Shown: positions 12,392-25,095, counted from the stretch's first letter. The stretch: DNA of 64,000 nucleotides from Octopus vulgaris (GCA_951406725.2 OX597824.1:53320001-53384000); one strand, 5' to 3'. Made by a program: numbers and translations. Notes: generated by a model from the letters alone, not told the origin.

Positions 12392-15300
12392 TTATGTGGG
12401 ATCATCCACTCGCAACTTTCGTGCTACATCTTTCCATCGTTCTTCGTACACTCTCTTAGTCAGGCATTTTCTCTCCAGCCCTATCTTCCTTTTCAGGTGA
12501 AAGATGAAGTAATTCATCAAACCAGGGCCGGAGATGAACTTGCCTGACCGTAAACCTTTCATTCTCGTCTTCCATATCACCTCTTTCGCAATTGCTACTA
12601 CAACGAGAAAACTATTATTACCTTCTTTCGCGAGGAAATCTGGTGGGTCAATTTTTGTAATAGACTCAGTCGACAGCTGTACTCTTCGTGTGCTTGACAA
12701 CAGCTGTTCGGCGTAAACCCACACCTCTGACACGACCGAACAATGAACAATAGCGTGCGGGACGGTTTCCTTATCCCGCTCGCATCTTGGACATATCGGA
12801 CTGTCTTGGCCACCGTGCCTTGCGAGTTTATCCCGAACAGGTAGAGCTCCTCTGTAGCATTGCCATGCCAGAGACTTCTGGAAGTTGTCCGGTGTCTTCG
12901 GCTCGAACGTACGTCGGAACAGACTGGCCAGCTGATTATCGTCGAGACCTAGGGTTTCAAGGTATCTTCACATTCCGCCTCTACCAACCATCTATAGAAG
13001 AATGTGGTGGAACCCCCACCGCAGGCGTTGCCCGAGCGACAGAATAGCAGGAGAGCCTTGCGACACTCCGTGTACCATGTGCCCAGTTTCGATCTACGAT
13101 TCAGCCAGGTTTCCCATCCACCGAAACTAGTGAACTTGGGAAACATCAGTTTTGCTAGCGGAGACCACACCCGTTCACCATCCAGGTAGAGCCACAGATG
13201 TCTTAACATCAGCGCATGTCTGCGCATCATCAGCCAAGGCATCCCTAGCCCACCCTTTAACGGTTGTTGACAGCAAGTAGAGCGTTTCACAAGTGGTTTC
13301 CCGCCCTTCCACAAGAAGTAGAAGAGTTGTCTTTCCAACTTGATCAACCACGAATCAAGGCAAGGAATGACGGAAAGGCGGTAGGTGATAACCGATGCGA
13401 TAAACACATTGGCTACCTCCGCCCTCCCTTTCAGGGATAGCCACCGCCAAGATCAGGTCTTGGTTACTGCAGCCACCCTGCTCGATACCTCGCCCCAATT
13501 CTTCTCTATTTGGAGGTCTGGACCGAACCAAACCCCTAGCAACTTAATCGGACCCTCCGTCCAACGTCCCACGACGCTGTCAGGAGGCATCGACTTGCCT
13601 CTCCAGGTGCCGAGTTGCAAGCCGACTGACTTTTCACGATTAACCTTTGCTCCTGTCACCGTCTCGTAAACCTCTATGGCCTTGCTTACCCTCTGTAGGT
13701 GGTCCATTTCGGTTACGATGATGGTGATGTCATCCGCGTACGCTGACACTGATTTTCCACAACCTGGCTGTCTCGGGATGCCGCTCAGTTTTCGCAGTAA
13801 TGGCTCAAGAGCCATCACGTACAAAAGCGGGGAGAGCGGACACCCTTGACGAACCGAGCGATTGATGTTGAACGGCTTCGACAAAAACCGTTCACCCGAA
13901 CTACCGAGTCGATGTTGTCGTAAATTTAGATAATCCACCTGAGGAAGCCAAGGCCCAGCCCGAACTGTGCCAGGGCAGATACCAGGTAGCGATGGTCGAC
14001 CCTATCGAATGCTTTAGTTGGTCTAAATGGACCAGTGCCCCACCCTTGCCAGAATCACTATTAAACCCCTCTATAGTGTACCGCATAAGATGGAGATTAT
14101 CCTGAATGGTTCTGCCGGGAACGGCACTTGTCTGTGCCTCCCCGATCAGACCATCCGCGACACGCGCTAATCTTTTCGATAACACTTTGGCCAAAATCTT
14201 CAACTCTGTGTTTAGCAGAGTGATGGGCCTGAAATTATCAATGCACTCCCCCTTGCTCGGGTACTTTCTGACGAGTTTCACTACTCCCCGGCGCACAGAT
14301 CTGGGTATGAACCCGTTCTGCTGCCAGTTCGTATAGACCTCCGCCAGTAGGTGCCCGAACAAGTCTGGCATACTCTTATATAACTCATAGGGTAGACCAT
14401 CTAAACCCGGCGCCTTGCCCGCGCTGCAGTCCACCATCGCCTCAACCACCTCCCCAGGCGTGATTGGCCCTTCATAGCCCTCCGCATCTCGCCCCGATAA
14501 GCGCGGCAGCCCGTCGAAGAGGTCCGTAAAGGCCCTCCTCCTATCCAGTCCGCCGCACTCACCGAAAAGCTGAGCGAAGTGCTCCTGAAAGGCCTCACAC
14601 ATCTCCTCGGGCTCGTTTATCAACTCACCTTGTTGGTTCGTCATAGATCGAATCGTGGCGTCGTTACCACGCTGAGCTTCCACCACTCGGGCCCATCTCA
14701 CGGCGTTGATTCCTTCACAACCCATTGCGCGGATCCTAGCCCTGACAATGCAGCCCATGTGTTTGGCCTCGAGGTGCTGGTTTAACGCCAGTCTCTTGGC
14801 CGTCACCTGAGTCGCAGAGCCAGTTTTCAAGGCTTCCTCTAATTCCTTAACTAGAGTAGATTCCCTCCTAGCCTCTCTAGCCACTAATCCTATGCTATAT
14901 CTAATAGACTCGAATTTGATGGCTCGCTTGAGGGCATACCACCATTTGTTATTAATGATGGCACCAGATAGCGCCCTCTGAATTATAGTCCTAATCCGGT
15001 CTCTGTACTCCTTAATCGCCAAAAGGGACGTATTAAGTTTCCAGTAACCGGAGCCTCTATTTTTAACCTTATCTATGTCAAGCTTACAGGTGACCATTTT
15101 ATGATCACTGTAGCTGACCAGGTAAAACTGTGGACACTTAGCTATTTTTCTGTCTACTTTTCTAATTAGTATCCTATCTATGTATGACCTGGAAGATCCG
15201 TCGCTGTTTGACCATGTCCACAATGGAGCGTTCGGAAATTCCAACCTATAAGGATCTGCTAGCTCAAAGCGGCTTAGCAGTTCCAGGAAGCCAATGTTAC

Positions 15301-15781
15301 CTTTTCTATCTGGACGCAAGCCAACACAATCTACATCCGCTTTGCAAATTGTGTTAAAGTCTCCTAGCACAACTAATGAATGCGAAGTACCAAGAAAGTT
15401 TTCCAGTTCTCGAAAATAATCACTTTGCCCTTTTTGGTTGGGTGCGTAAATTGCAACCAGTCTGATAACTTTACCGTTACTGAACGTCAAATCCATGACG
15501 ACCAGCCTACCTTCTGGGTCTGAAAAAATTAACTTTTTCTCAAAAACCCGGTTTCTTTTTAATAGGACCAACACCCCACCCACGCCTGTAGGACTGGCCG
15601 GAGAGAAAAAACACTCGTAGCCGTCAAACAGCGGGAGTAGACCTCTTGGCCCCTCTAACCGGGTTTCTGTAGCAACAATAACATCCAAATTACGCGACCT
15701 GATATCATTAAGGAAGCGACCTTGCTTCCAGCTTGATCCCAGGCCGCGCACATTTAAACAACCAACATAAATGTAATCCAT
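12392..15781 (-). pseudogene. ORF2: APE endonuclease, reverse transcriptase and C-terminal zinc finger
   Basis: LNVRGL, TETRL, IYAPN, GDFN, SYIDR, SDHK, KAPGLDGLP, NFRPITLLN, RQGCPLSP, AYADD, CPRC..ETVPHAIVHC; frameshifts at ~14015 and ~12955, in-frame TGA at 13453. Confidence 0.92.
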
Positions 15782-15789
15782 GACTTACC

Positions 15790-17086
15790 TTATATCAGTG
15801 GTTCGACTTTTCCTTTCTCTTCTTCATTTTTTTCCTCTTTTTCTGGGCCTCGTGGGGGAGTCTGACGCAGGCCCTCGAATATATATGGTGATAATATATC
15901 CATTCTGAGAGGGCCCACGTCATGAAAAAATTCGGACTTTATCCGTCCGTAATCCTTCCGGCCTATCCTGTACAATATGAAATCGGTTTTTTTAAAAAAT
16001 TTTTCTACTTTGGCCATAGCTGCCAACACATCAATGAGTCTATTATTTGAGGCCTTAATGGCCATAAATGAGTTTAATGTTTCTCTTTTTTTCTTTAGGC
16101 TTACTTTCGGAGGGGTGGTTTCAGTTTTTCTTTTTTTCCTAGTGATTTTTGACCACCCCTCCTCATTTTTCGTTTCCTCGCTTTTTGTTTCTTTTGTTAC
16201 TTCCGCCGCTGATTCCGTCACCTCCTCACCTTCAGTTGTCCCTTCTGGGCTGTCTGGCGTTGTTTGTGGTGACACTTCTTCCGTTTTTTTATCTGGCTGA
16301 GCTGCTTCCTGCGGTTTGGGTTGGCATTCTGCCCTCACATGCCCTTTCTTTCTGCAGCCGAAGCACCTCGGCTTTCTACCCTCCACAAAGACCACGACTC
16401 TTTCGTCCTCACTGATTTTCAGTGTCTCCGGTATATCTTCGAGGGTTTGTATCTCTGCCTGTATGGCCATCGAGATACGCTGCCCTTTTCAATGTTCCTC
16501 CTCTTCTACTGTGGCCCGGAGGATGTTTATTTTATCCTCCAGGCCTACCATAACTGCTGCCACCAGACATGTGGCGTCCGCTTCTGGCGGAATATTATTT
16601 ATTGTTATTCTTGAGGTTCTTTTGCCTCTATACAGGGGGAGGAGAACAATATTCTCTGCTTTCATAGGTTCCGTAGATAGCTTTTTGGCTATTTCCTCTG
16701 TTTCAAATCTCACCTCCACTGTACCGTACTTTTTCCCGCGATTAATGTAAGTGATCTTATTCCAAATCGGTTTCAAGTAATTTTCGATCTTTTTTTCTTC
16801 TATTTTTTGAATAGACTTGCTTGTAATATTAAATGTTTTGTATATGATTCTTTTTTTTTTCAATTTCTTCTTGTTTTGGGGCATTCGTAAACACCGTTAC
16901 TTCTGTGCCCTCTTTTTTAAAACATTCTGCGTATTTCTGCAGGTTTTCTGTGTCGATATTTTTAACTTTCTTTCCGGCCACTTCGGAAAATTTTCTAGCT
17001 GGTGCTGGGGTCTCTTCTATTCTCGGCGACACCGCCGGTGATCCTGCATCACTTGACACGGGTGAATAGGAGATGGGGGAGTCCAT
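15790..17086 (-). pseudogene. ORF1: gag-like nucleic-acid-binding protein with CX2CX4HX4C knuckle
   Basis: Three consecutive ORF pieces; CFGCRKKGHVRAEC; frameshift in the A-run at ~16855, in-frame TGA at 16489. Confidence 0.85.
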
Positions 17087-17340
17087 CTCCGAAAACTGGC
17101 TTAACAAGCCTTTAGCACAACCGCGACAAAAAGCTTTTTGTTTTGCAAGCCTCAAATGCAGCAATAATGATAGTTTTTCCCCCACGGAGGGGGGAACACC
17201 AACACGAAGCCCTCGCAAGAAGGCTGATTACAATAATTGTACAACAACAGACAATACAGACAAAGTCAACAGTATTTCAAAAACACAGTAGAATATAACA
17301 GAGGAAAATATAACTCACTACGCAATGAAGACTGCAATGA

Positions 17341-19189
17341 TTTTATTACTACCCACAAAAGGGCGAACATAAAGGGGATAATACAATCGGGGAACTTAAA
17401 ATAAGAAAGCGAATGACAAGAAAAGGGAAAAATAAAAATAATAATGACATATGAAAGAATATTTACAATAAGATCCCCGGAATCAAGAGGTTACATATTC
17501 GTCACATATATTTCACCAAATTTTCTTTTTTCTCTTTTTTTTTTCCTCTCACAATTCTATACATCTTCTATAATTGTTTCCACTTCTCTGAAGTCCATCA
17601 CTGAGTCCTCAAGTAGCCGCTCTCTCACTCGAACCTTCGTGTAAAATATTACACTCTCTCCGGCAGCTCTGAAGAACTCAGCGGCACCTTCCTCGGGGAT
17701 TAGAGCAGTCTCCTCCCACCGGTCGGTCATCCTGTTGACCCATATATGTCCCTCCGTTTTACTTGTTAATTCACTCATTTCAGGGCAGAAATGGTAGGTT
17801 ACTAACTTATAGTAATAGTAATCTTGTTTCCGTCCTGCGTTTTCCTTCATCTTCCTTTTCGGGCTTATTTCTTCCTTGTTCTCCTCTCTTTGATTCTCTC
17901 TTTCTCTCTTTTTGTTTTCTCTTCTTTCTTTTTCCTTCTCTTGTCTTTTTGGCTTTTTGTCTGTCGTCTCTCTACCCTGTGCCTTATGTTCTTTTCCTGT
18001 TGTTTCTTTTTCTTTTCGTGCACCATCTTTTCCTTTCTCTTGCTTCTGTTCCTTCTCTTGTTCTTTCCCTGTTTTCTCTCTTTTCTTCCAGTGTACCCTC
18101 CCTCTCCTTCTCTTGATTCTGTTTTGGTTCTTTCTCTATTACTTCTCTACCCTGTGAACTCTGTTCCTCTTCCATTAATTTCTTCCCTTTGATTTCATTT
18201 TCCTTCAGTGTGTTGTTATTTCCTTTCTCTTGTTGTTTCACCGTTATATCCTTTTCCTTGCTTTCGCTGTTCTTTACTTCGTGTTCTTTTTCCTTCTCTT
18301 CTTTGTTCTCTCCACCCTGTGTCTCTCCCTGCTCCATTTCCCCTTCCGCTGTGAATTCATATAGCGGACACTCCCCTCTTATGTGTCCTCCTGACCCACA
18401 CAAGTAGCAGTTCGGCCTTCTCCCCTCCACAACTACGCTCATTGTTCCCTCACTTTCAAGTTCAATTTGGAAGGGAAACCCTTCCATGTCTTCCTCTGTG
18501 GCCATCAGCCACATCTCCACTCCGAATCCCCTCCAGTTCACAACACTGGTCTCCCTGATCGAGCCCATTTCCATTTCATCCCTTGCCGACCCCAGGATAG
18601 CTGTTACCAGCATTTCCGTTTCTATTTCTGGGGGCACCCCTGGCATCTCTACCTGAACCCCCCCTCGTCCCTCACATGTTAGCCACATGGTGAAGCCTTC
18701 AGCCTTCAGTAACCGTGGAAGCCACGAGGCCGCAACCTCCCCCGTTGCGCATCTCACGTCCACCGCACCATACTTCCTTCCTCCGCTCACGCACGTTGCC
18801 CCTTTCACAATGTCCCCCAGACACTTCTCAATCTCCTCCATCACTACTCTCACCAATTCCTCTGCAATTCTGTCCCGCGTCCTGCACGTGATAGTCCTAC
18901 CATTCCTCTCCTCCATCGCTTCAGCAGGCGGGACCAGCCCCACGCTGTCACCCTCCCCCCTGATGAACCTTTCACAATCCATCAACTGCTCCTTTCCAAA
19001 GAACACCTCTCCCACCATAAGAGGCTCATCACTCCTCGTAGCGGCGACCCCCGCGCAAGTCTCCATGACTTGAGGGTCGACGCACCTTCTATAACAAGGT
19101 TCCAACACGTGGCGGCAAGCGCCTCACGCGATTCAACCTATTTTTTCAATTTAACTGTTCACACAAAAAACAACTAACCAACGCAATGA
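17341..19189 (-). mobile_element. ORF1-only non-autonomous LINE (half-L1-like, element B)
   Basis: Same 5' nonamer TCATTGCGT and ~45-nt 3' tail as element A; single ORF1 homologue; no EN or RT. Confidence 0.8.
17984..19108 (-). CDS. ORF1-like protein with zinc knuckle (continues frameshifted to ~17557)
   Basis: GRKYGAVDVR, VPPEIETEMLVTAIL and VVVEGRRPNCYLCGSGGHIRGEC align by eye with element A ORF1. Confidence 0.8.
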   Translation of the reverse strand: MLEPCYRRCVDPQVMETCAGVAATRSDEPLMVGEVFFGKEQLMDCERFIRGEGDSVGLVPPAEAMEERNGRTITCRTRDRIAEELVRVVMEEIEKCLGDIVKGATCVSGGRKYGAVDVRCATGEVAASWLPRLLKAEGFTMWLTCEGRGGVQVEMPGVPPEIETEMLVTAILGSARDEMEMGSIRETSVVNWRGFGVEMWLMATEEDMEGFPFQIELESEGTMSVVVEGRRPNCYLCGSGGHIRGECPLYEFTAEGEMEQGETQGGENKEEKEKEHEVKNSESKEKDITVKQQEKGNNNTLKENEIKGKKLMEEEQSSQGREVIEKEPKQNQEKEREGTLEEKRENRERTREGTEARERKRWCTKRKRNNRKRT

Positions 19190-19760
19190 AGACTGCAATT
19201 GTTATCTCTTCTTTTTTTTCTACGTTGTATACTTTATAGACAATAGTCTTTTCTTTAATTTATTTTTTTTATTATCCATCTGGACTATTCCATTTCTGCA
19301 CGCTGATTTTATTTTTATTTAATTCCCATTCATGTGAAACCACTTATTCAAGTTCAAATCATTGATGCAATTTTATACCAATTGCTGTTTTTACTTATAT
19401 TATACTTTAGTTTGATTTTAATTATTACTTACTACATATAATTCAATTGTTATTATTATTTTTATTGTTAAAGTGAAAACATCTGACATAAAATAGAGAA
19501 ATATTTTTGTTTCACTTTTAACACGTAATACTGAAATAGTGGAGATGATATGATATTGCTATGGGCTCGCTCTAGGCAAGAAGTTTCCCATGAAACTACA
19601 TGGACTCTAAGTAAGGCATGTGTAAAATTTGAATGAAATTGATTGTGTAGTTCTCAAGTTTTAGGGAAACACAGACAGACAGACAGACAGGCAGACAGAC
19701 AGACACACACATTCTCAGTTTTATATATATAAAGATATATATATATATATATATTTATAC

Positions 19761-19824
<64 letters not shown>

Positions 19825-19826
<2 letters not shown>

Positions 19827-20807
19827 GACGGGTACCACTGGCGGTGAACTGGCATGCATTTGCGTATTGTGTGTGTTGGTATTGAGTATGTGTTTGTGTG
19901 TGTGTGTATATGTGTGGGTATTGTTTATGTAGTTCTGTAGTTTCCGGATGTGTGTTTGTGTGCATGTGTGTGTTGCATTTGTGAGTGATTTGTTATGTTT
20001 GGTTGTGGTTGTAATGTGCGTGTATGTTTGTTTTTTCCTTTTGAATGTGAGTGTGTGTGTGTGATATTATTACTGGGTTTCGAGTGTATTGTGTGCATGT
20101 GTGTACAGGTGTGCGTAAATGCGTGTGTGTTTGTGTGGGTTGTGATGTAGTTGCGTGTTTATGTATCTGTATGTGTGTGTGTGTGGTTTGTTTGTGTGGA
20201 TTTGGTTTGTAATTTCGGGGTGGTGTGTCTAGGTGTGTGCATGTCCGTGTTCACATGTGTATATATGTGTGAAGGTGTTGGTTATGGATGCTAAAATCTT
20301 ATTGCAAGTGTATCTATGTATGTGTTTTTTCCTGGGATTTGTGAGGGTTTGTGTTCTAGTGGGAGGATATTGTGTTTGTGCAAGTGTATTTGCGTCGGAG
20401 GTTGGCATTGTTTTTATGTGTGTGTGATTTTGTATATCTGTATGTATTTCTGTGCGTGTTTGTTTTGGATGTGTGCCCGGGGGGTATGTTAGAGTATGTT
20501 TAGTTGTGGTCTGTATTTTTAAATAAGATTATTTTCTCTATTTATTCGTGTTTGGTCTGTGGTGTTGTTCGGGCATTGGTATAGTCGGGAAACTAAGAAT
20601 TTGGGGGACTTATTGTGTGCACAGAGGTCTAAGTGTCCACTAAGTGGTATCTGTCTTGTGGTGGGGTCCCTCCGTTGTTGGCGATGAATTGTCATCCTTT
20701 CTCTGAGGGTAAGGCTCACACCATCCTACCAAATTTTAAAAACACACATCTATTTACACCACAATGGATCCTGGGACCAATCAAAAACGGCCCACACACA
20801 CAAACAC

Positions 20808-20850
<43 letters not shown>

Positions 20851-20944
20851 AAGACACACACACTCACACCATTTTGACCCCCATACAGACGCACATATAC
20901 ACACACATGCGCACCCACAGCACCATGACAAATGCCAATCACGC

Positions 20945-20975
<31 letters not shown>

Positions 20976-21790
20976 AACACATGTATATGTATATACACAC
21001 ACACAAAGACACACACACTCGTACCATATATACGCACACACACAAACATACTCAATACCAACACACACAAAACGCATACACACATACACACACACACGCG
21101 ACACAGATACACCCAACATACATGAACACACATACGAACAAACACATACATACACTAGAGCACCCGCAACACACTAACAAACATTAACCACACACACATA
21201 CATACATACATACACAAACGGGCACACATATACACACACCATCCTACCAAATTTTAAAAACACACATCTATTTACACAACAATGGACCCTGGGACCAATC
21301 AAAAACGGCCCCCACACACAAACACATGTATATATATACACACACAGACACACACACACTCACACCATTCTGACCTCCATAAGACACACACACATGCACA
21401 CACACACAGCACCATGACAAATACCAATCACGCACATACATACACACACACAACACCAAGACAATCACACACATGGTTGGCAAACGGGCACACATATACA
21501 CACACCATCCTACCAAATTTTACAAACACATACAGACACATCTATTCACACCACATATGTATATGCACACATACAAAGACACACACACTCGCACCATTCT
21601 GACCTCTAAAGACCAATCCCCCAAATCATTGATGCTTGAAGGAGAGACAAAAAGAAATTCTTTTCAGTTCCACATTACTCTTCCCTCCCCCCACCCAAAC
21701 ACACCTACAGTGTCCCTTGAAAAAGAAAATAGTCTTTTACGATAACATGGTGGACCAGGTCAGTTTAAGCTACCCTACTACTATAATGTA
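19825..21790. repeat. Unclassified composite repeat: TG-rich arm, unique core, tandemly duplicated CA-rich units
   Basis: cacaccatcctaccaaatttta recurs at ~20717, ~21235 and ~21501; 19860-19910 is the reverse complement of ~21028-21080. Confidence 0.55.
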
Positions 21791-22160
21791 AACTTTTTTG
21801 AACTTATGATACTCTGTGTGTGTATGTATATACAGATACAATACCAATATTTCACTGAACTTTTTGATAATTCCTTCTGGAAACTATCTTTAACATTTTC
21901 TTGAGAATGTATATATATATGTTGTAATCTTTTGTGCCCAATATTTTTAATGAACTTGTAAAACTTTTTATGTTCTTAACATGTTCTTGTAACCAAAGAA
22001 TGTATATATGTATTGTAGTATTTTGTGACAACCAATAATTAACACAACCAAACTTTTACATGTTACTTCTGACCGGTAAAGTAAATAAACATCTTTTAAA
22101 ATTGCATTTTCAAACCTTCTTTCATGTATAATTCCACTCGTGCGGTACCTTACAACTCCG

Positions 22161-22332
22161 CATGGGGTGGTGGCGATCCCCGCTGTACTCTTTCGCCACA
22201 ACTTTCTCTTTGGCCTGCTCGCTTAGTCGGCGGGATGGCGTCATATGAAGGTTAAAACAATGCGAAGCGCATTGTGACCAGCGATGTGTTGCAACATCTG
22301 ATAGCCTGGTCGGTCACGGTAATCACGGTGAT
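22161..22332 (+). mobile_element. 5'-truncated SINE related to 34095, with a different tail
   Basis: ccccgctgtactctttc.ccacaactttctct shared with ~34228-34260. Confidence 0.6.
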
Positions 22333-22342
22333 ATATATATAT

Positions 22343-23830
22343 ATCCCTTCCCAAAATACATAAACCCAATAACCCTGACCGCCCTACTATTGTTTCTGCC
22401 TATAATTGCCCCACTGAACTCATTTCCAAATACCTTGACCGTATCCTGTCCCCTTTAGTTGCTGCCCTTCCATCCCACATATACGACACTAATCACGCTC
22501 TTCGCTTCTTCAATTCCTTTTCCTTCTCTCCCTTTTCGTCCCCTCACACCTCCTCTTCACCTTGGATATCAAATCCTTATACACGGTAATTCCCCCACAA
22601 CGACGGTCTCTTAGCACTCCAATACGTCCTCGACCGTCGCCCTGACCCCACACTCACCACTCCACCCTTCTTCGCCTGGCAAAACTCGTCCTCACCCTCA
22701 ACTACTTTACGTTCGCCGGGTAAACCTACCAACAATGTCTGGGGTCGCGAAGGGAACGAGAATGGGCCCCAATTTCGCCAACCTATTTGTTGGTCACATT
22801 GAGGCCCAAGCATGCTCCCAATTCTCCGGGCCAACCCCAGAACTATACGGTCGCAACATAGACGACTGTATATGTGCCACCTCCCTCTCCCGTGAACAAT
22901 TCTGCCACTTCATCTCTTTCCTCTCTAACTTCCACCCTTCTCTCCAATTCACTTCTACTATCTCTAACACCTCGGTTCACTTCCTTGATATCTCTCTTAC
23001 CACCTCCGCCTTCTTCAAACCTACTCTCTCACCACCTCTGCCTGCCCACTCTCTCACCACCTCCGCCTTCTTCAAATCCCCAGATTCCCACCTCTACCTC
23101 AACTTCTCCTCTTCCCATCCCTTCCACACCAAACGGGCCATCCCCTACTCCCAGTTCCTCCGCCACCGACGTTTGTGCAGCCGGGACCAGGATTTTGAGA
23201 CTCAGTGCCAGTACCATACCCGCCTGTTCATGCATCGAGGATACCCCTCAACCCTTATCCAAACTGCCCTTGCCAGAACTCGTCGAATCGATCGCACCAT
23301 CTCTCCTTCCACACACCAACCCCCTAACCGCACCCTCTTTACCCTCCTTTTCCACCCCTCCACCCTATCCCTTTGTCGGAGGATCCAACGGGCCTTCCGT
23401 CGTCTCCACCTCGATCCCACCACCCGCTCCATTTTCCCCAACCCACCCTTGTCCTCCTTTAAACGCACCTGGAACCTAAGCGATCTTCTGGTCCGTAGCA
23501 CCTTCTCTCCCGTCCCCTGGATCCTTCCCGTGCTTCAGATCCCGCTGCCACACCTGCCCCTTCATCATCAACACTACCTCTCTCACGGGTTCCAATCAGT
23601 ACACTCTTCGCATCACAAATTCCTTCTCTTGCACCTCTTCTAGCCTCATATACTGTATTAGATGCAACCTCTGTGGTAGACTATATGCAGGTCAGACGGG
23701 CCGTCGACTGGCCGACCGGTTCACCGAACATCTAAGGGATATTAGGCTACGTTCGAACATCCCAGTCGCCTGTCACTTCCGCTTGGTCAACCATTCCCCT
23801 CTGAGATTTCAGTCTTTGGCCTCGCTCTGC
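22343..23830 (+). pseudogene. PLE reverse transcriptase and GIY-YIG endonuclease
   Basis: LPKIHKPNNP, GVAKGTRMGPNFANLF, RNIDDC, FLDI, SSHP..AIPYSQFLR, RGYP, LIYCIRCNLCGRLYAGQTGRRLADRFTEHLRDIR; frameshifted. Confidence 0.88.
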
Positions 23831-24738
23831 ACCACGCACACATAACACACACACGTACATATACACACACACACGAAAAATACACGCACCCGTGCACACA
23901 CATGAACGTACATATACCTCCCACACACACCACACACATACATGTACATAGACACACACATACTTCCACACACATACGCACACGCACTTACACACGCACA
24001 CACGCGCATACACGCAGACACACACACACGCACTCACACACGCATACATACACACACACATATACCCACGCGCACAAGATTGCACCGATGCCACACAACC
24101 CCACGATGCCACACAACCCCACGAACACACAGACACGCACACCTGTATACACACACACGCACACATAAACGTACACACTTACACAGAACCATATACACAT
24201 ACATACACAAACACGCGCATACACGCAACAAAACGCACACATAACTCAACACACATCTCCCCGTTCACACACACATATACACACGCACGCACATACACAC
24301 ATGCAGACACACACATACACACACACACGCACACACACATATACACACGTACATACACACACATACGCACACTCGCACATGTATGAACACATACCTCCCA
24401 CACACACAACACACTCTCATACAGACACGCAGACAATTACACACAACCTCACGCATACACACATACTCACACATACACACACACACAGACACACCCTGCA
24501 CACAAAACACATACACACACACAACATATAAATACACGCACACACACATACTTCAAACTACCAGATAAACAACTTTCTACTTGCCATTCTCCTACGCACG
24601 TGTATAGGAAGACACACAACAGACAGCCACTCCTACCAAAATTCTTACTATAAATTCTTCCTACGACCTTAAGCGATACTAAATGCAACCACACATATAC
24701 ATAAACTGCCGCAATCACACACACATACACGTGCTATC

Positions 24739-24778
<40 letters not shown>

Positions 24779-24957
24779 CGCGCACGCACATACCCACACA
24801 TACTCACACATACCTCCTTCTCTTGCACTCTCCTGTTTTAGAGTTTTAGAAAGAACTTTTTCTTCACTCATTCCCTTCCGGTCATTTCAATTTGTGACCG
24901 CGTGTGTATCGTTGGCGACTTTCTTTCTCCGTCTTCCCTCCTTTGAACTTTTTCTAT

Positions 24958-24992
24958 ATTTCTGATGAAGAGCTCCACTCGAAACATGAAAT
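24958..24992 (+). ncRNA. Minimal hammerhead motif (cleavage triplet mutated)
   Basis: attt-CTGATGA-a-gag ctcca ctc-GAAAC-ATG-aaat; the sister copy at ~6630 has GTT at this position. Confidence 0.55.
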
Positions 24993-25057
24993 CCTCTTTC
25001 TTTTCTTTCTTTTCCCAAGCGTCCAATAATAGAGTACTTGTTCCACATCCTCGTGTT

Positions 25058-25095
<38 letters not shown>

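Larger units (their letters stand above)
12153..17328 (-). mobile_element. Near full-length L1/Tx1-type LINE (element A)
   Basis: 5' UTR starting TCATTGCGT, ORF1 with zinc knuckle, ORF2 APE-RT-CCHC, 3' UTR ending AATAATAAAA, flanked by AGACTG(G/C)AAT repeats. Confidence 0.92.
11969..19735 (-). mobile_element. Non-autonomous Helitron (~0.7 kb of its own sequence) interrupted by two LINEs
   Basis: 5' A|TC terminus at 19735 followed by (CTGT)n; 3' hairpin GACCCG..CGGGTC (11980-11998) then CTAG|T at 11969-11972; both ends in (TA)n; joining the two ends into one element is inferred. Confidence 0.7.
22343..25060 (+). mobile_element. 5'-truncated Penelope-like element (Neptune-like)
   Basis: RT and GIY-YIG remnants, ~1 kb CA-rich 3' region, then a pLTR with a hammerhead motif; (TA)n at both ends. 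Confidence 0.85.

Noticed and set aside
13453-16491. TGA at probable Trp positions in element A ORF1 and ORF2, read as A-to-I-rescued or readthrough codons
   Set aside because: TGG-to-TGA is a common decay mutation also seen in other dead elements here (31067, ~63857), and three frameshifts would still break the element
21750-21785. Resemblance to 28S rRNA (caggtcagttt..taccctact)
   Set aside because: Short gapped match with no flanking rRNA similarity
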